Assembly: GCA_002708475.1 (NCBI GenBank)
Contig: PAOL01000024.1
Location: 1-51,222, forward strand
DNA: 51,222 bases
Reading direction: 5' to 3'
Source of the DNA: Oleispira sp.
GTDB taxonomy: Bacteria; Pseudomonadota; Gammaproteobacteria; Pseudomonadales; Oceanobacteraceae
Notes under the pieces: generated by a model
Databases searched by the model: none
Told to the model about the DNA's origin: nothing
What the model saw: the letters and a program-made list of their open reading frames with translations, nothing else
Program-made: the position numbers and the translations under genes
Shown: in pieces, positions 1-8,668 of the stretch
How the letters are laid out: each line of letters opens with the position of its first letter
Numbering within the stretch: the first letter of the stretch is position 1

Positions 1-1
1 T

Positions 2-310
2 CCTTTATCTAATGCGTCTCTAACTGATTGTGTTTTTGAAGTAGAGCGCCCTACAACAGCAGAAGAGGTTAACGCATTCTTTAAAGAAGCGTCGGAAAAC
101 GAGCTGAAAGATATCTTGGGCTACGAAGAACGTCCTTTGGTATCCATTGATTATAAAACCGACCCTCGTTCAACAATTATTGATGCCCTATCTACCATGG
201 TCGTGAATGGTACTCAGTTAAAAATATACGCTTGGTATGACAACGAATGGGGTTATGCAAACAGAGCAGCTGAGTTAATGCGCATGGTTGCTTTAGCCGA
301 TTTAGATTAA
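2..310 (+). CDS. ArsJ-associated glyceraldehyde-3-phosphate dehydrogenase (5'-truncated by window edge)
   Basis: Frame is open from base 2: [14 protein letters not shown]...[13 protein letters not shown]...[15 protein letters not shown], the GAPDH C-terminal motif. Lies directly upstream of arsJ. Confidence 0.92.
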   Translation, partial: PLSNASLTDCVFEVERPTTAEEVNAFFKEASENELKDILGYEERPLVSIDYKTDPRSTIIDALSTMVVNGTQLKIYAWYDNEWGYANRAAELMRMVALADLD

Positions 311-362
311 TTATTTTTTAATAACGCTAAATTTTTAAAAAGTTAAAAGTAGGATTAACAGC

Positions 363-1613
363 ATGAATTGGCTTGCGAAGCTATCACCTGATATTCGTCA
401 GTACATGATAGTAACCGGAAACTATTGGGCATTCACCCTCACCGACGGTGCGTTAAGAATGCTCGTCGTTCTATACTTCCATGGCTTAGGTTATAGCCCA
501 CTGGAAGTGGCCATGCTGTTCATCTTTTATGAAGTTTTTGGCGTCATCACAAATCTAATTGGTGGCTGGCTGGGTGCACGCTTAGGTTTAAATAAAACCA
601 TGAATTTGGGTTTATTTTTACAAGTGATCGCACTATCTATGCTATTAGTACCTACTGAAATGCTATTAATACCTTGGGTTATGGCAGCACAAGCGCTTTC
701 GGGTATTGCAAAAGACTTAAATAAAATGAGCGCTAAAAGCTCTGTTAAATTATTAGTTCCTAAAGATGCTGAAGGACAATTATATAAGTGGATTGCGATT
801 CTTACCGGTTCTAAAAACGCATTAAAAGGCATTGGTTTTTTTCTGGGTGGTGCCCTGCTAAGTCTATTCGGATTCCAAGGTGCTATTTTAGGGATGGCAA
901 TCGCCTTGGCAATCGTTTGGGTATTCAGTTTAATCAGCTTGAAGAAAGATTTAGGTAAAGCGAAAAACAAACCCAAATTTACAGAGCTGTTTTCAAAAAG
1001 CAAAGCGATTAATTATCTTTCTGCTGCACGACTATTTTTGTTTGGCTCGCGAGATGTCTGGTTTGTGATTGCCCTGCCCGTTTACTTGGCCAGCACTTTT
1101 GGTTGGGACCACTGGTATGTGGGAGGATTTTTAGCCGCATGGATTATTGGTTATGGCTTTGTGCAAACCATTGCGCCCAAAATAACGGGGAGCAATATAA
1201 CCAAGCGTACTGAACCTAATGAAATCAAAAAACACGCACCTGATGGGCATGACGCATTTGGTTGGGCTTTAGCTTTAGGCATCATTCCAATTATTATTGC
1301 GCTATCCCTTAGCTATGATTGGCATTCATCAACTGTGTTATTAATAGGCTTAATGGTATTTGGAGCATTGTTTGCGATTAACTCATCATTGCACAGTTAT
1401 CTAATCGTTAGTTATGCGACCGAAGACAGTGTGTCCCTTGATGTTGGATTTTATTATATGGCGAATGCCATGGGACGATTAATCGGTACGATACTCTCTG
1501 GTTGGTTATTTCAAGATTACGGATTAGCGGTATGTTTATGGGTATCCGCTGGGTTTATTATCTTAACGTCGTTTATTTCGCTAGGGTTGCCCGAAAACAG
1601 ACATGCTATTTAG
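363..1613 (+). CDS. arsJ: Organoarsenical efflux MFS transporter ArsJ
   Basis: Hydrophobic 416 aa MFS with YWAFTLTDGALRMLV, SGIAKDLNKMSAKS and VGFYYMANAMGRL; adjacent to GAPDH. Confidence 0.93.
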   Translation: MNWLAKLSPDIRQYMIVTGNYWAFTLTDGALRMLVVLYFHGLGYSPLEVAMLFIFYEVFGVITNLIGGWLGARLGLNKTMNLGLFLQVIALSMLLVPTEMLLIPWVMAAQALSGIAKDLNKMSAKSSVKLLVPKDAEGQLYKWIAILTGSKNALKGIGFFLGGALLSLFGFQGAILGMAIALAIVWVFSLISLKKDLGKAKNKPKFTELFSKSKAINYLSAARLFLFGSRDVWFVIALPVYLASTFGWDHWYVGGFLAAWIIGYGFVQTIAPKITGSNITKRTEPNEIKKHAPDGHDAFGWALALGIIPIIIALSLSYDWHSSTVLLIGLMVFGALFAINSSLHSYLIVSYATEDSVSLDVGFYYMANAMGRLIGTILSGWLFQDYGLAVCLWVSAGFIILTSFISLGLPENRHAI

Positions 1614-2295
1614 TTAGCCACGCACGCTCTTGCTCTGCCGTCATTAACTCTGCATTAGTTGTTAGGTCGACAATACTCGCAGTTTGATATTGCTTACTAA
1701 AATCTGTTGCGTCAACGCTCCACTCCCCATTATTGAAACAGGCTAAAATGGGGTTAGAGCTTTGCGGTGAATGTTGAATAATAGATCGGCAAACTGAGCC
1801 TTGCACGTTTTTATAACTGGCAAGCACCTCAATCTTTAGCTCAGGATTAACCGTCGTCACGCTGCCTGAAGGCTGTGTATTTAACACGGATACCAAACTG
1901 GCATTAATATTCGATTCAGATAGCGGCATTAGCATCCAAATGCCAAGGGCAAACACAATACTGGCGGCACTGGCAAAGCTCCAGTTTTGCATTGCATTAT
2001 TAGCTGCCTTCCTTCTGAAAAAATCAACAATCGTTACTGTTTTTGGCTGAGGCTTTGCATTCAAAATCATCGTTTCTAGATTCATCGGCAACGGCTTACG
2101 ATCCAATTCACTGAAATACGTTTTCGCGATAATATTACTCTGCTCCAGCTTAGATAGAACTTGCTTCAGCTCAGAATCCACAACAAGTTTTTGCTCAAGC
2201 TCTGCGCGATCAGCTGGGCTTAATTCATTATCTATATAAGCCGATAGTTTTTCTATATCGTTCATATCGATATCATTCAAATCTACGTCATTCAT
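1606..2295 (-). CDS. Membrane-anchored anti-sigma factor
   Basis: N-terminal LSAYIDNELS anti-sigma helix, one TM (ASAASIVFALGIWML), periplasmic domain with CR...AC...GEW. Overlaps the ECF sigma stop codon by 4 nt. Confidence 0.8.
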   Translation of the reverse strand: MNDVDLNDIDMNDIEKLSAYIDNELSPADRAELEQKLVVDSELKQVLSKLEQSNIIAKTYFSELDRKPLPMNLETMILNAKPQPKTVTIVDFFRRKAANNAMQNWSFASAASIVFALGIWMLMPLSESNINASLVSVLNTQPSGSVTTVNPELKIEVLASYKNVQGSVCRSIIQHSPQSSNPILACFNNGEWSVDATDFSKQYQTASIVDLTTNAELMTAEQERAWLTK

Positions 2296-2801
2296 ATTAA
2301 GTCTCCTGTACCACCAAAAGCACCGCTAAGTTGTTTACGAGCCCTTGATAATCGACTCATCACTGTCCCTATGGGTATTTCTAGTATTTCTGCCGCTTCT
2401 TGATAGCTTCGTCCTTCAACCGCAATTAAATAAAGTACGGTACGTAAAGCTGAAGAAAGATTGTTCATTTTTGCATGCACCAAATCTAACGATATTTCGT
2501 GCCCAATTTCTTGCTCTAAAGATAGGCCTTGCGAATAAATCCCTTCGTCTTCTAACCACTCTTCTGTAGGTTTATCTCGGCGCATAGCATCTATCCAAAG
2601 GTTACGACAAAGACGGTATAGCCAACGGTCAAAATGCGTTCCTACCTCAAACTGATGCCAGCGGCTAAGTGCTTTTTCCGCCGATGACTGTAAAAGATCA
2701 TCTGCATTCGCAGCACTACCAGTCAATGCATAGCAATAGCGCCTTAATGCGGGAATTGCTTGCAGTAATTCTGCAGAAAATGTGTCGTAGTCTGTATTCA
2801 T
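2292..2801 (-). CDS. ECF RNA polymerase sigma-70 factor
   Basis: Region 2 ADDLLQ...WLYRLCRNLWID; region 4 SYQEAAEILEIPIGTVMSRLSRAR. Confidence 0.95.
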   Translation of the reverse strand: MNTDYDTFSAELLQAIPALRRYCYALTGSAANADDLLQSSAEKALSRWHQFEVGTHFDRWLYRLCRNLWIDAMRRDKPTEEWLEDEGIYSQGLSLEQEIGHEISLDLVHAKMNNLSSALRTVLYLIAVEGRSYQEAAEILEIPIGTVMSRLSRARKQLSGAFGGTGDLI

Positions 2802-2810
2802 ACTATATTT

Positions 2811-2836
2811 AACGTCACAGAAGTTTTTTTATTCCC
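2811..2836 (-). promoter_or_regulatory. Putative ECF autoregulatory promoter GGGAAT-N16-CGTT
   Basis: Minus strand reads TTTAGGGAATaaaaaaacttctgtgaCGTTaaatatagtATG; same motif and spacing as at 4344. Confidence 0.75.
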
Positions 2837-2840
2837 TAAA

Positions 2841-2866
2841 TGAAATAATATTTCATTTTTTACGTT
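2841..2866 (+). promoter_or_regulatory. Putative ECF promoter TGAAAT-N16-CGTT for the S8 protease
   Basis: TGAAATaatatttcatttttTACGTT, back-to-back with the sigma promoter and with identical spacing. Confidence 0.6.
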
Positions 2867-2892
2867 ATACATATACTAACAGTAATTTATTG

Positions 2893-4332
2893 ATGGATGT
2901 TCGTGTGAAATTTAAATTAGGTCTCTGTCTATGTTTTTTGCCTATGATTTTGACCCAGCCTTATTGCTGGGCAGATGACGACTCCGACGATGTTGATGAT
3001 GACATTATAGAGATTATTGAAAAAGAAAAAGAGAAGGCTGAGGAAGAGGCTGAAGAAGAAGCTGAGCGCTTACTTGAAAGTTTGCTTGAGCAGGAAGATG
3101 ATTCTGAGTTTGACGATGATTTTGAAGATGAAATGGAAGATTGGTTAGAAACCCAGCTTGAAGCCAATGCGTCCGATGAAGATCTTGAGGACCAGATGGA
3201 GCAGGAGCTTGAGAAGCGCTTAGAATCTTTAGCAGACGACGACGAACATAGCGAAGAGCAATTGGAGTTTGTAGACGATAAACTACAGCAATTATGGCAA
3301 TTTGAAGAAGATTTAGAAGATTCTTTATTACCTCCACTCCCTAACCAAATGATTGCCCTTGTTAGTATCGAAGAACTCGCTGCTGTGAAAGCCAGCGGTG
3401 TCGTGATTTTTAATGAACAAAGCCTAGCCGAATTTGGCTCAGTGCTGGTGACGTTTGATAACAGCAAGCCTGTGGCTATTGAGTCTGAACCTAACCATGT
3501 TTATCAACTTGATTCTTTAAGTTCTGCTAATAAAAGCGCAACCAAGCCTGCAACCCCATTAAAACAAGCACAGTTAATGAACGTTGAAACCACGCTTATC
3601 GCTAAGCAGCGCATTGGCTTAATGGATTCCAGCATTAATACCCAACACGCTTGTTTTACCGGAGTGGCGATTAATCAGCATAGCTTTCACGACAGTGCGC
3701 AACCAAGCTTTAACCATGGAACGGCCATGGCCAGTATTCTATTGGGTGATAATAAGTGTGAAGCTCAAGGATTATTGAACCAAGCTCAACTTTTTAATGC
3801 GGTAGTCTTTGCAAAAAATGATTCGGGAGCCGTTGTCGCCAGTGCCTCTCAGCTGGTTGCAGGGCTTAATTGGTTATTAAGCCAAAATATCAACATTATA
3901 AATATGTCATTATCCGGACCGCCAAACCGTATTTTAGAGCAAGCGTTGAAGCAAGTATCTGCACGCGGTATTACCCTTATTGCCTCGGCGGGTAATGATG
4001 GTCGCGCAGCATTTCCTCGCTATCCTGCAGCCTACCCAGAAGTTATTGCGGTTACCGCAGTTGACCAACAACTAAAGATATTTACTCGCGCAGTCCAAGG
4101 ACCGCATATCGAAATATCAGCACCAGGAGTGGATATGTTCGTTGCACAGTCTGTTGAGCAGGAAAGTGCTTACGCGAGTTTATCTGGCACTTCTTTTGCA
4201 GCTGCCATGGTGACAGCTGTGCTGGCAAGCGAACAGCCAAGTTTGAAGCGACTCGATTGCAATCAGCGCACAAAGGATTTAGGTAATAAAGGCCGCGATA
4301 TAATCTATGGCTTTGGATTGTTAACAAAATAA
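2893..4332 (+). CDS. Secreted S8 (subtilisin-like) serine peptidase with a long Asp/Glu-rich N-terminal extension
   Basis: Signal-peptide-like start, ~110 aa acidic tract, triad motifs GLMDSS / HGTAMAS / SGTSFAA, oxyanion ASAGND, and YPAAYPEVIAV. Start is ATG 2893 or TTG 2890. Confidence 0.88.
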   Translation: MDVRVKFKLGLCLCFLPMILTQPYCWADDDSDDVDDDIIEIIEKEKEKAEEEAEEEAERLLESLLEQEDDSEFDDDFEDEMEDWLETQLEANASDEDLEDQMEQELEKRLESLADDDEHSEEQLEFVDDKLQQLWQFEEDLEDSLLPPLPNQMIALVSIEELAAVKASGVVIFNEQSLAEFGSVLVTFDNSKPVAIESEPNHVYQLDSLSSANKSATKPATPLKQAQLMNVETTLIAKQRIGLMDSSINTQHACFTGVAINQHSFHDSAQPSFNHGTAMASILLGDNKCEAQGLLNQAQLFNAVVFAKNDSGAVVASASQLVAGLNWLLSQNINIINMSLSGPPNRILEQALKQVSARGITLIASAGNDGRAAFPRYPAAYPEVIAVTAVDQQLKIFTRAVQGPHIEISAPGVDMFVAQSVEQESAYASLSGTSFAAAMVTAVLASEQPSLKRLDCNQRTKDLGNKGRDIIYGFGLLTK

Positions 4333-4343
4333 TTATTTATTTA

Positions 4344-4369
4344 GGGAATAAAAGAAGTATGCACACGTT
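4344..4369 (+). promoter_or_regulatory. Putative ECF promoter GGGAAT-N16-CGTT for the DUF5666 lipoprotein
   Basis: TTTAGGGAATAAAAgaagtatgcacACGTT shares 14 nt around the -35 plus ACGTT with the promoter upstream of the sigma gene. Confidence 0.78.
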
Positions 4370-4407
4370 TAATAAAATGTAACCTATAACAATCAGAGAC
4401 CTAAATA

Positions 4408-5778
4408 ATGAAAAAACAAACTTTAGCAGTACTGATCGGCCTTTCCAGCACGTTTTTACTAACAGCTTGCGGTGGTTCATCTTCTGCATCTAATACAGCG
4501 GCGGCAACAAATAAAGTCGTGTATGGCAGCATTGATGGATTCGGCAGCGTCATTGTTAATGGCGCTCGCTACAACACTGACAATACTACGTTTAGTATTA
4601 ATGAATCAGGCGGCACTCAAGCTGACCTACAAGTTGGTCAGGTTATTACACTTTTGGGTGATTCTAACGGCGTAGCAAGTAACATCATCTACGATCTTGA
4701 TTTAAAAGGTCCTGCTACTGCCATTGATACAGCTGCCAATACTTTCACGGTACTTGGTCAAACCGTATCAGTAAGCAATTTTACGACCTATAAAAAAACA
4801 TCTTGGCCTTTAACAGATGGACAATCTGTTGAAGTGAGTGGCTATATTAACGGCGAAACATTAATTGCTAGTTTTGTAGAACTCAACACTGATACCGATG
4901 TTGAGTTAAGCGGTAAAGTTACAAATTTCAGTGAAGTAGACAAAACATTTTCTATTCGCGGCCAGCAAATTTCTTACAGCTCATTAACTGAATTAGATTT
5001 AGATGATCAACTACTCACCAACGACCTTCAAGTAGAAGTCGAAGGCACGCTAGAAGGTGGCGTATTAGTAGCAACAGAAATCGAAGCTGATGACGATGTT
5101 TTTGAAAATGGTACTGAGCTTGAAGTAGCCGGTATTATTTCTGGTTTTGATAACGAACTACAAATGTTTGTTGTAAATGGTACTCAGGTTACTTGGAATG
5201 ATAACACTGACTTTGACGATATAAGTGCATCAGCTTTAACTGACAATTTGACTGTAGAAATTGAAGGAACAGTTAATAGCGCAGGTGTTTTAGTTGCTGA
5301 AGAGATTGAGATTTCAGACGATGCTAATATCAGTATTGAAGCAACAATTAGTGATCTATCTGCAATTGATACATTCACTGGAACAATCACAGTACTAGGT
5401 TTAGAAATAGCCGTAGGTCTAGATACTCGTATGAGTGATGACGATGAAAACCCTAACTTTAATGCGATGTTTAACTTTAGTGATTTAAGCATTGGTGACA
5501 AGATTTCACTAGATATAGCGGGTGATGCAACCAATGGCTATCGTGCAGAAAAATTAGAACTTGATTTTGGTACAGAAAATACAAGTGAAGTTGAAATTGA
5601 AATACCTGCCAGCCTAATCGATCTAGTAAGTAATACGATATTAGGTATTCAGTTTGAAGTTGCCACTGGCGTGACGATCAATGTTCTAGATAATTTAGCA
5701 GCAGATGCTGAAATTGAAATCGAAGGTACAATTAACGGTGAGGTTCTAACCATTAACTCCATTACAGTCGATGACTAG
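4408..5778 (+). CDS. DUF5666 repeat-domain acidic lipoprotein
   Basis: Lipobox LTAC followed by a GGSSS linker. GSIDGFGSVIVNG start and about six repeats of the form G.i.......F.v.G..v...VEVEG......L.A.EIE. Confidence 0.82.
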   Translation: MKKQTLAVLIGLSSTFLLTACGGSSSASNTAAATNKVVYGSIDGFGSVIVNGARYNTDNTTFSINESGGTQADLQVGQVITLLGDSNGVASNIIYDLDLKGPATAIDTAANTFTVLGQTVSVSNFTTYKKTSWPLTDGQSVEVSGYINGETLIASFVELNTDTDVELSGKVTNFSEVDKTFSIRGQQISYSSLTELDLDDQLLTNDLQVEVEGTLEGGVLVATEIEADDDVFENGTELEVAGIISGFDNELQMFVVNGTQVTWNDNTDFDDISASALTDNLTVEIEGTVNSAGVLVAEEIEISDDANISIEATISDLSAIDTFTGTITVLGLEIAVGLDTRMSDDDENPNFNAMFNFSDLSIGDKISLDIAGDATNGYRAEKLELDFGTENTSEVEIEIPASLIDLVSNTILGIQFEVATGVTINVLDNLAADAEIEIEGTINGEVLTINSITVDD

Positions 5779-5793
5779 GTAAAACAAATAATA

Positions 5794-6735
5794 ATGAAGA
5801 GAGCCCACCTCGACCACTGTTTAAAACTGAAGCAATTGTGCTTTAATTTTAAACAGATTTTTACCGCTACTTTGTTAGCGGTTTTTTGCGTTCCAGCAAA
5901 CGCAGGTTTTAAGCTAGAATTTAATGCAGGAATGGAATATGACAGTAACGTTGCTACTGATGACGCTGATACGGATGTGGGCCTTGGTGATGTAGCACGC
6001 AACTTGAGTCTAGGCCTAGCTTATGATTATAAGATAAATAAACACTGGAATCTGAGTAGCGCTTATCGCTTAAATGATACTCAGTGGAACACCTACGATC
6101 AGTTCGATAGTCAAATGCACATTGGCGTATTTCGCTTAGGCTATCAGAAAGAAAAAAACAGTAGCGACATTAGCTTGATTCATGCTTACGGCAGTGTCGA
6201 TGGAGAAGATTTTTTAAGCCTAAACCGCCTCAGTCCTGCTTTGGCTTATTTGATAAACACTCACTGGTATATACGTGCACAAAGTGACTTTAGTCAAAAA
6301 ACATTTGCCCGATACGAACAACGCAATGGTAGTTCATTGGCCGCAAGTTTATACCTTTATCGCTTTATCGATCGCACAAGATTTTATGTCATTGCACAAG
6401 CACAAGTGAAGCAAGAAAATGCTAACGAGAGCATTTATGCCTATCAAGCTAGCGTCTTCAAATTACAGCTAAAACGAGATTGGGAATTATTCAACTACAA
6501 AGGCACTAGTCGCTTAAAAGGCCGCTATGAAAAGCGCCAATATGAGGGAGTTCGCGCTGCTATTAATGCCGCACGAGAAGATGAACGCTGGCGCTTAGCC
6601 CTACAAAATAGTTTGAATATAAGCAAACGCTGGCAGATCACTAGCAGTCTGCAATCAGATTACTTCTACTCTAACGTTACAGCTGCGAATTATAGACAAG
6701 AGCGAATCCAGCTTGGCTTAACTTGGGAGTTCTAG
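5794..6735 (+). CDS. Outer-membrane beta-barrel protein, surface lipoprotein assembly modifier (Slam/DUF560)-like
   Basis: Signal peptide ending ANA, EYDSNV first-strand motif, aromatic/amphipathic strands, R.D motif, C-terminal LGLTWEF. Start may be TTG 5836. Confidence 0.62.
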   Translation: MKRAHLDHCLKLKQLCFNFKQIFTATLLAVFCVPANAGFKLEFNAGMEYDSNVATDDADTDVGLGDVARNLSLGLAYDYKINKHWNLSSAYRLNDTQWNTYDQFDSQMHIGVFRLGYQKEKNSSDISLIHAYGSVDGEDFLSLNRLSPALAYLINTHWYIRAQSDFSQKTFARYEQRNGSSLAASLYLYRFIDRTRFYVIAQAQVKQENANESIYAYQASVFKLQLKRDWELFNYKGTSRLKGRYEKRQYEGVRAAINAAREDERWRLALQNSLNISKRWQITSSLQSDYFYSNVTAANYRQERIQLGLTWEF

Positions 6736-6785
6736 ACGAATAATTTTTCAATAAACGCCTAAAACTCTCTACCTTTACCGAATAA

Positions 6786-7694
6786 CTAACTCCACGCTTC
6801 GCGCGGGTTAAAGCTTTCTTCTTCCGCCATTTTCTTCCACAAGGCTTCGCTTTCAGGGCTCATTTTCTCTGGCATCACAATTTTGACAATGGCCAAGAAA
6901 TCACCCGTCGCGGTCTTATTTTTCAGACCTTTACCCTTGATACGAAATTTCTTACCTGAAGAAGTATTCGCAGGTACAGTTAAGCTAATTTTACCGGTTA
7001 ATGTAGGAACTGTGATTTTAGTTCCTAGTGCAGCCTCCCAAGGGGTAACTGGCATTGTTAGTTCAACATCCTGATCATTCACGTCAAATAATGGATGCTT
7101 TGCTACATGGACATTTAAATAAAGATCCCCTGCTCGACCGCCATTGCGCCCTGGATGCCCTTGCCCAGTCAGACGAATTTTCTCTCCGTCTGAAACCCCC
7201 TGAGGTATCTTAACTTTCAGGTTCTTTTTAATCCCCTTGCCATCAGAACTTGGCAAGGTATACGCAACTGTTTGCTCATTGACTTCAAGTGTTTCTTCTA
7301 AGCGCACAGACACCTTGATCTCAACGTCTTGACCACGAACACCACGTGGCTGACGTTGACCAAAACCTGAGCCGCCACCAAAAGCTGAGAAGAAGTCAGA
7401 AAAGTCGCCTTCAAAACCGCCACTGCTCTGATTAAAGCCTTGTGACCGCTGCTGCCCTTGGAAGCCTCCAGAACGACCACCATACTTTTTCATATCATCA
7501 AACTCGGCTCGACGCTCACTGTCTTTGAGAACATGATATGCTTCTGCAATTTCTTTAAATTTCTCTTCCGCACCGGCTTCTTTATTCACATCGGGGTGAT
7601 ATTTTCGCGCAAGTTTACGATAGGCTGATTTAATAGCGGCAGCGTCTGCGTTACTTTCTACCCCTAAAACTTTATAATAATCTTTAAAATCCAT
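6786..7694 (-). CDS. cbpA: Curved DNA-binding protein / class II DnaJ co-chaperone
   Basis: MDFKDYY, J-domain HPD, G/F region, no Zn finger, PWEAALG, C-terminal FNPR. Confidence 0.88.
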   Translation of the reverse strand: MDFKDYYKVLGVESNADAAAIKSAYRKLARKYHPDVNKEAGAEEKFKEIAEAYHVLKDSERRAEFDDMKKYGGRSGGFQGQQRSQGFNQSSGGFEGDFSDFFSAFGGGSGFGQRQPRGVRGQDVEIKVSVRLEETLEVNEQTVAYTLPSSDGKGIKKNLKVKIPQGVSDGEKIRLTGQGHPGRNGGRAGDLYLNVHVAKHPLFDVNDQDVELTMPVTPWEAALGTKITVPTLTGKISLTVPANTSSGKKFRIKGKGLKNKTATGDFLAIVKIVMPEKMSPESEALWKKMAEEESFNPREAWS

Positions 7695-7861
7695 ACGATT
7701 GATGACCTAGGGATTAGCCAAAATTTTGCTAATCTTTGTTGTTAATGTAGTGGCTCGTTACCCGCTTATACGTTTTCTTGAGCCATTTTTTGAAAATTCA
7801 ATGTAGATTTACCGTTAATATGATGAGAAGTTAAATCATCCAGTATAAAAAAGGCTCGTCG

Positions 7862-8668
7862 ATGCATTTAGTGCGATCATTTTCTTTTCATCTATACAGC
7901 ATTACTTTACTCCTTTGGTGCACATCTAGCCAAGGGGAAAGTATTCACATTGCTGTTGCGTCAAATTTCACTCATACAATGAAAGCATTGATTAGTGAGT
8001 TTGAACAAAACTCTCCTCATAAAATCAAAGCTTCTTATGGATCTTCAGGAAAAATCTATGCCCAAATAAAACACGGTGCACCTTTTAAGTTATTTTTCTC
8101 TGCCGATCAAAGTAAGCCCTTGGCACTTTATAACGAAGGTTTAACCCATTCTAAACCTTTTACTTATGCTTTAGGTGGGCTGGCGCTATGGTCAAATAAT
8201 AAGCATTTTAATGGTGAAAATTTGGAATCAGTATTACTGTCAGGTGAATTTAATAAACTCGCTATTGCGAACCCAAAACTTGCACCCTATGGTATTGCCG
8301 CAATAGAAGTACTGAAAAATATGAACTTAGTAGAAGCAACGCGTAAGAAATGGGTTAGAGGTGAAAACATTGCGCAGACCTACCAGTTTGTTCGCACAGA
8401 GAATGCTGATATCGGTTTTGTTGCCTTCTCACAAATTGTTAGGCAACCATTTTACTGGAAAGTTCCCTCCAACCTTTATCAGCCAATTCGCCAGGATGCA
8501 GTATTGTTAAAGCATAAAAGTGAAAAAAACGGTATAAATAACAAAGCCGCGTTAGATTTTATTCAGTTTCTAAATAGCCTTAAAAGCCAAGCTATTATTC
8601 AGTCGTATGGGTACCGTACGGAAAATAACGCGTACATCGAACTTGAAATGAGTAATAAAAATACATGA
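7862..8668 (+). CDS. modA: Molybdate ABC transporter substrate-binding protein
   Basis: AVASNF, YGSSGKIYAQI, ANPKLAPYG, GENIAQ. Confidence 0.93.
   Translation: MHLVRSFSFHLYSITLLLWCTSSQGESIHIAVASNFTHTMKALISEFEQNSPHKIKASYGSSGKIYAQIKHGAPFKLFFSADQSKPLALYNEGLTHSKPFTYALGGLALWSNNKHFNGENLESVLLSGEFNKLAIANPKLAPYGIAAIEVLKNMNLVEATRKKWVRGENIAQTYQFVRTENADIGFVAFSQIVRQPFYWKVPSNLYQPIRQDAVLLKHKSEKNGINNKAALDFIQFLNSLKSQAIIQSYGYRTENNAYIELEMSNKNT

Noticed and set aside
527-1003. 158 aa minus-strand ORF within arsJ, and similar short ORFs nested in other genes (e.g. 5184-5534, 25009-25437, 28163-28534, 33820-34125)
   Set aside because: Fully overlap well-supported genes and show no recognisable motifs.
2961-3467. 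168 aa Ser-rich and 107 aa minus-strand ORFs
   Set aside because: Antisense shadows of the GAA/GAT-rich acidic tract of the S8 protease.
7695-7861. Possible ModE box, Moco riboswitch or sigma32 promoter in the cbpA-modA intergenic region
   Set aside because: Short inverted repeats (GATTAGC/GCTAATC, TGGCTC/GAGCCA) and a weak TTGAA-N14-CTCAAG exist, but none matches a consensus well enough to call.
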